DNA from: a virus | Lineage: Duplodnaviria > Heunggongvirae > Uroviricota > Caudoviricetes | DNA: 35,122 bases | Virus record (IMG/VR): IMGVR_UViG_2713896901_000010 | Strand: one strand, 5' to 3' | Shown here: piece after piece, positions 33,035 through 35,122 of the stretch | Layout of the letters: the number at the start of each line of letters is the position of its first letter | Position numbering within the stretch: position 1 is the first letter of the stretch | The notes under the pieces: generated by a model | What the model was told of the DNA's origin: nothing | Seen by the model: only the letters and a program-made list of their open reading frames with translations | The model's database searches: none | Position numbers and translations under genes: made by a program

Positions 33035-33677
33035 GAAATACACACTAATCTATGCAGATCCACCCTGGGTATACCGGGACAAAGCCGCAGATGGTAATCG
33101 CGGTGCCAGTTTTAAATATCCGGTTATGAGTGTGCTGGATATCTGCCGCCTTCCTGTGTGGGATTTGGCCGATGAAAACTGTCTGTTGGCCATGTGGTGG
33201 GTGCCAACACAACCACTCGAAGCACTAAAAGTTGTTGAAGCCTGGGGATTCCGTCTGATGACCATGAAGGGCTTCACGTGGATAAAATGTGGTAGTCGAC
33301 AACCAGATAAACTGGTTATGGGTATGGGTCACATGACTCGCGCCAATAGTGAAGATTGCCTGTTTGCAGTAAAGGGAAAACTACCTCCGCGCATTAATGC
33401 AGGGATCGTTCAGTCATTTACCGCACCGCGGCTTGAGCATTCAAGAAAACCAGATGTCGTTCGTGAAAAACTTGTGCAATTGTTAGGCGATGTTTCTCGC
33501 ATTGAACTGTTCGCCCGCCAGACGTCTCATGGCTTCGATGTTTGGGGTAATCAGTGCGAAGACCCGGCAGTGCAACTACACCCTGGATACGCGTTGGATA
33601 TTGGCGGATTAACAAATGCATTCGGCAATGCTCCGCTGTCACCAACAGACAACCATGGGCGGGAGCATGCAGCATGA
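33027..33677 (+). CDS. N6-adenine DNA methyltransferase, MT-A70-like (DPPW motif), orphan
   Basis: MTKKYTLIYADPPWVY carries the catalytic DPPW motif; no restriction partner adjacent. Confidence 0.8.
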   Translation: MTKKYTLIYADPPWVYRDKAADGNRGASFKYPVMSVLDICRLPVWDLADENCLLAMWWVPTQPLEALKVVEAWGFRLMTMKGFTWIKCGSRQPDKLVMGMGHMTRANSEDCLFAVKGKLPPRINAGIVQSFTAPRLEHSRKPDVVREKLVQLLGDVSRIELFARQTSHGFDVWGNQCEDPAVQLHPGYALDIGGLTNAFGNAPLSPTDNHGREHAA

Positions 33678-33868
33678 ACAGGGCATCACCAGCAGATTTA
33701 AGGAAATGCCTTGAAACTGCAAACATGCTTGCACACAGCGGGATCAGGTTTGTTCCAATTCCCGCTGTCACTGATGCTGAATTTGCAACGCTGTCAGCAA
33801 TATTCGCAGACAAAATTGAATCACTGGCATCAGAAGCCGAGATGGAAGAAAATCAGCAGAATAATTAA
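33674..33868 (+). CDS. small hypothetical protein (64 aa)
   Basis: ATG 33674 overlaps methyltransferase stop (ATGA); table start 33554 is inside the methyltransferase gene. Confidence 0.35.
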   Translation: MNRASPADLRKCLETANMLAHSGIRFVPIPAVTDAEFATLSAIFADKIESLASEAEMEENQQNN

Positions 33869-33871
33869 ACG

Positions 33872-35122
33872 TTATTCCCCCGCCATCCACTTCTCAAACT
33901 TCGACGGGGAGAACGGAATCAGATCCGTATGCTCCCCGTTAATCCAAGAATCAATCATATCGGCCCACTGCTGCAACATGTAGGCGCGCTGTCTTGCGTA
34001 TTCCGCTTTGTTATATACGGCGCGCACACCTTTCTGTTCATGTGCCAGAGCCTTTTCAATCCAGTCTGAAGGATAACCAGCCTCATGCAACAACGTACTG
34101 GCTGTACGGCGCATATCATGTACAGTGAAGTCCTGAATATGCTCACCATCTTCATTTATTATTTTCACCGTTCTGTCGATCAGAGAGTTCAGCGCGGCAT
34201 TAGATAATGGCTTCCGGAAGTTGTAACGACCAGGAACCAGATATTCACTTCCACCAGCGCACATCTGCAACCCGACCAATATATCCTGTGCCTGTTTAGG
34301 CAGGTAAATAACGTGCGCCCGGCTTCCCTTCATGCGGTCTGAAGGAATTGTCCATGTCCATTTTTTAAAATCTATTTCGTCCCACGTTGCATTGGTGAAT
34401 TCTCCCTTACGAACCATGGTGATAAGCACCAGCTTTAAAGCCATTTTCATAGTGCCCATAGCACCAATGGCATCCAGCGTGCGGAAGAACAGGCCAATTT
34501 CTTCTGGTGTCAGTGTTCGCTCTCGTGGTTTAAATATGGCGATAGACGAAGGTTTAATGTCAGCCGCAGGATTAAACAAACCATGACCACGGTCATTGGC
34601 GTGACGGTATACGCTGCTGATGATCTCCCTGGCCTGTACTGCTGTTGCCCGACCACCGCGTTCGACAATCCGGTCACACAAATCACGAACCATCGATGTG
34701 GTAATTTCAGCCATCATTTTGTTGCCAAGAACCGGAAGTATGTCACGGTCGATCACCGCCTGCTTCATTGCGCGGGTACTGTCAGCCAGGATGACGTGTT
34801 TCATATAACTGTCGGTATGTACCGCAAACGTCTCGGCACCACGAATCTTTTTAATACCGTCACGTTTAGCCGCAGCCGGTGACTGGCCTGCTTTAAGCAG
34901 CTTCTTTGCAGCAATCAGTTCTTCTCGCGCTTCTGCCAGGCTGATACCGTCACGCCCATACTGCCCGATTACCAGTGTTTCGCGGCGACCGTTGATACGG
35001 TAGTCATAGCGAAACGAGACCGTGCCTGACGTAAGCACAGCTACATACAGCCCGTCACGATCGGAGACCTTGTACAGTTTGTCCTGCGGCTTGAGGTTTT
35101 TTAATTTTGTATCGGTAAGCAC
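33872..35122 (-). CDS. int: tyrosine integrase with N-terminal Arm-type domain; start at or just beyond window edge
   Basis: N-terminus (V/M)LTDTKLKNLKPQDKLYKVSDRDGLYVAV is the P4/CP4-57 Arm domain; C-terminal HDMRRTASTLLHEAG...RAVYNKAEY supplies the HxxR and catalytic Tyr; first codon at the edge is GTG. Confidence 0.9.
   Translation of the reverse strand: MLTDTKLKNLKPQDKLYKVSDRDGLYVAVLTSGTVSFRYDYRINGRRETLVIGQYGRDGISLAEAREELIAAKKLLKAGQSPAAAKRDGIKKIRGAETFAVHTDSYMKHVILADSTRAMKQAVIDRDILPVLGNKMMAEITTSMVRDLCDRIVERGGRATAVQAREIISSVYRHANDRGHGLFNPAADIKPSSIAIFKPRERTLTPEEIGLFFRTLDAIGAMGTMKMALKLVLITMVRKGEFTNATWDEIDFKKWTWTIPSDRMKGSRAHVIYLPKQAQDILVGLQMCAGGSEYLVPGRYNFRKPLSNAALNSLIDRTVKIINEDGEHIQDFTVHDMRRTASTLLHEAGYPSDWIEKALAHEQKGVRAVYNKAEYARQRAYMLQQWADMIDSWINGEHTDLIPFSPSKFEKWMAGE

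Overview
The window is essentially one contiguous temperate-phage (prophage) segment with mosaic ancestry; no host housekeeping genes are recognisable. Left to right: (1) 1-4400, a P22 immI-like accessory region: a partial antirepressor-family gene, a KilAC-type antirepressor, a two-gene small-membrane-protein operon, a P22-like ant/arc/mnt cassette, and a membrane protein at the position P22 uses for sieA. (2) 4410-22500, the late/structural module, all on the minus strand: terS, terL, a phage-encoded tRNA-Arg(UCU) with a plus-strand moron, portal, scaffold, major capsid, T7-like tail tubular A/B and four internal virion proteins, one with a lytic transglycosylase domain. (3) 22600-27000, a nin-like block of small genes including an ASCH-domain protein, an HNH endonuclease and a DUF1064 protein. 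(4) 27000-30200, lambda-type replication (O-like initiator with internal iterons, P-like helicase loader) and an immunity switch (cro-like gene facing a double-HTH repressor that lacks a peptidase domain). (5) 30200-35122, a recombination module (PD-(D/E)XK exonuclease plus Bet/RecT-like annealing protein), AlpA-like regulator, PerC-like protein, MT-A70-type adenine methyltransferase and a tyrosine integrase at the right edge. No lysis cassette, tail fibre/spike or att site lies inside the window. The strongest unexplained signal is non-genic: a 15-bp dyad TTACC-N5-GGTAA occurs 9 times perfectly and 3 times near-perfectly, only in intergenic DNA, at the head of almost every transcription unit including the late operon. 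All calls rest on manual reading and remembered family signatures; no database search was run.
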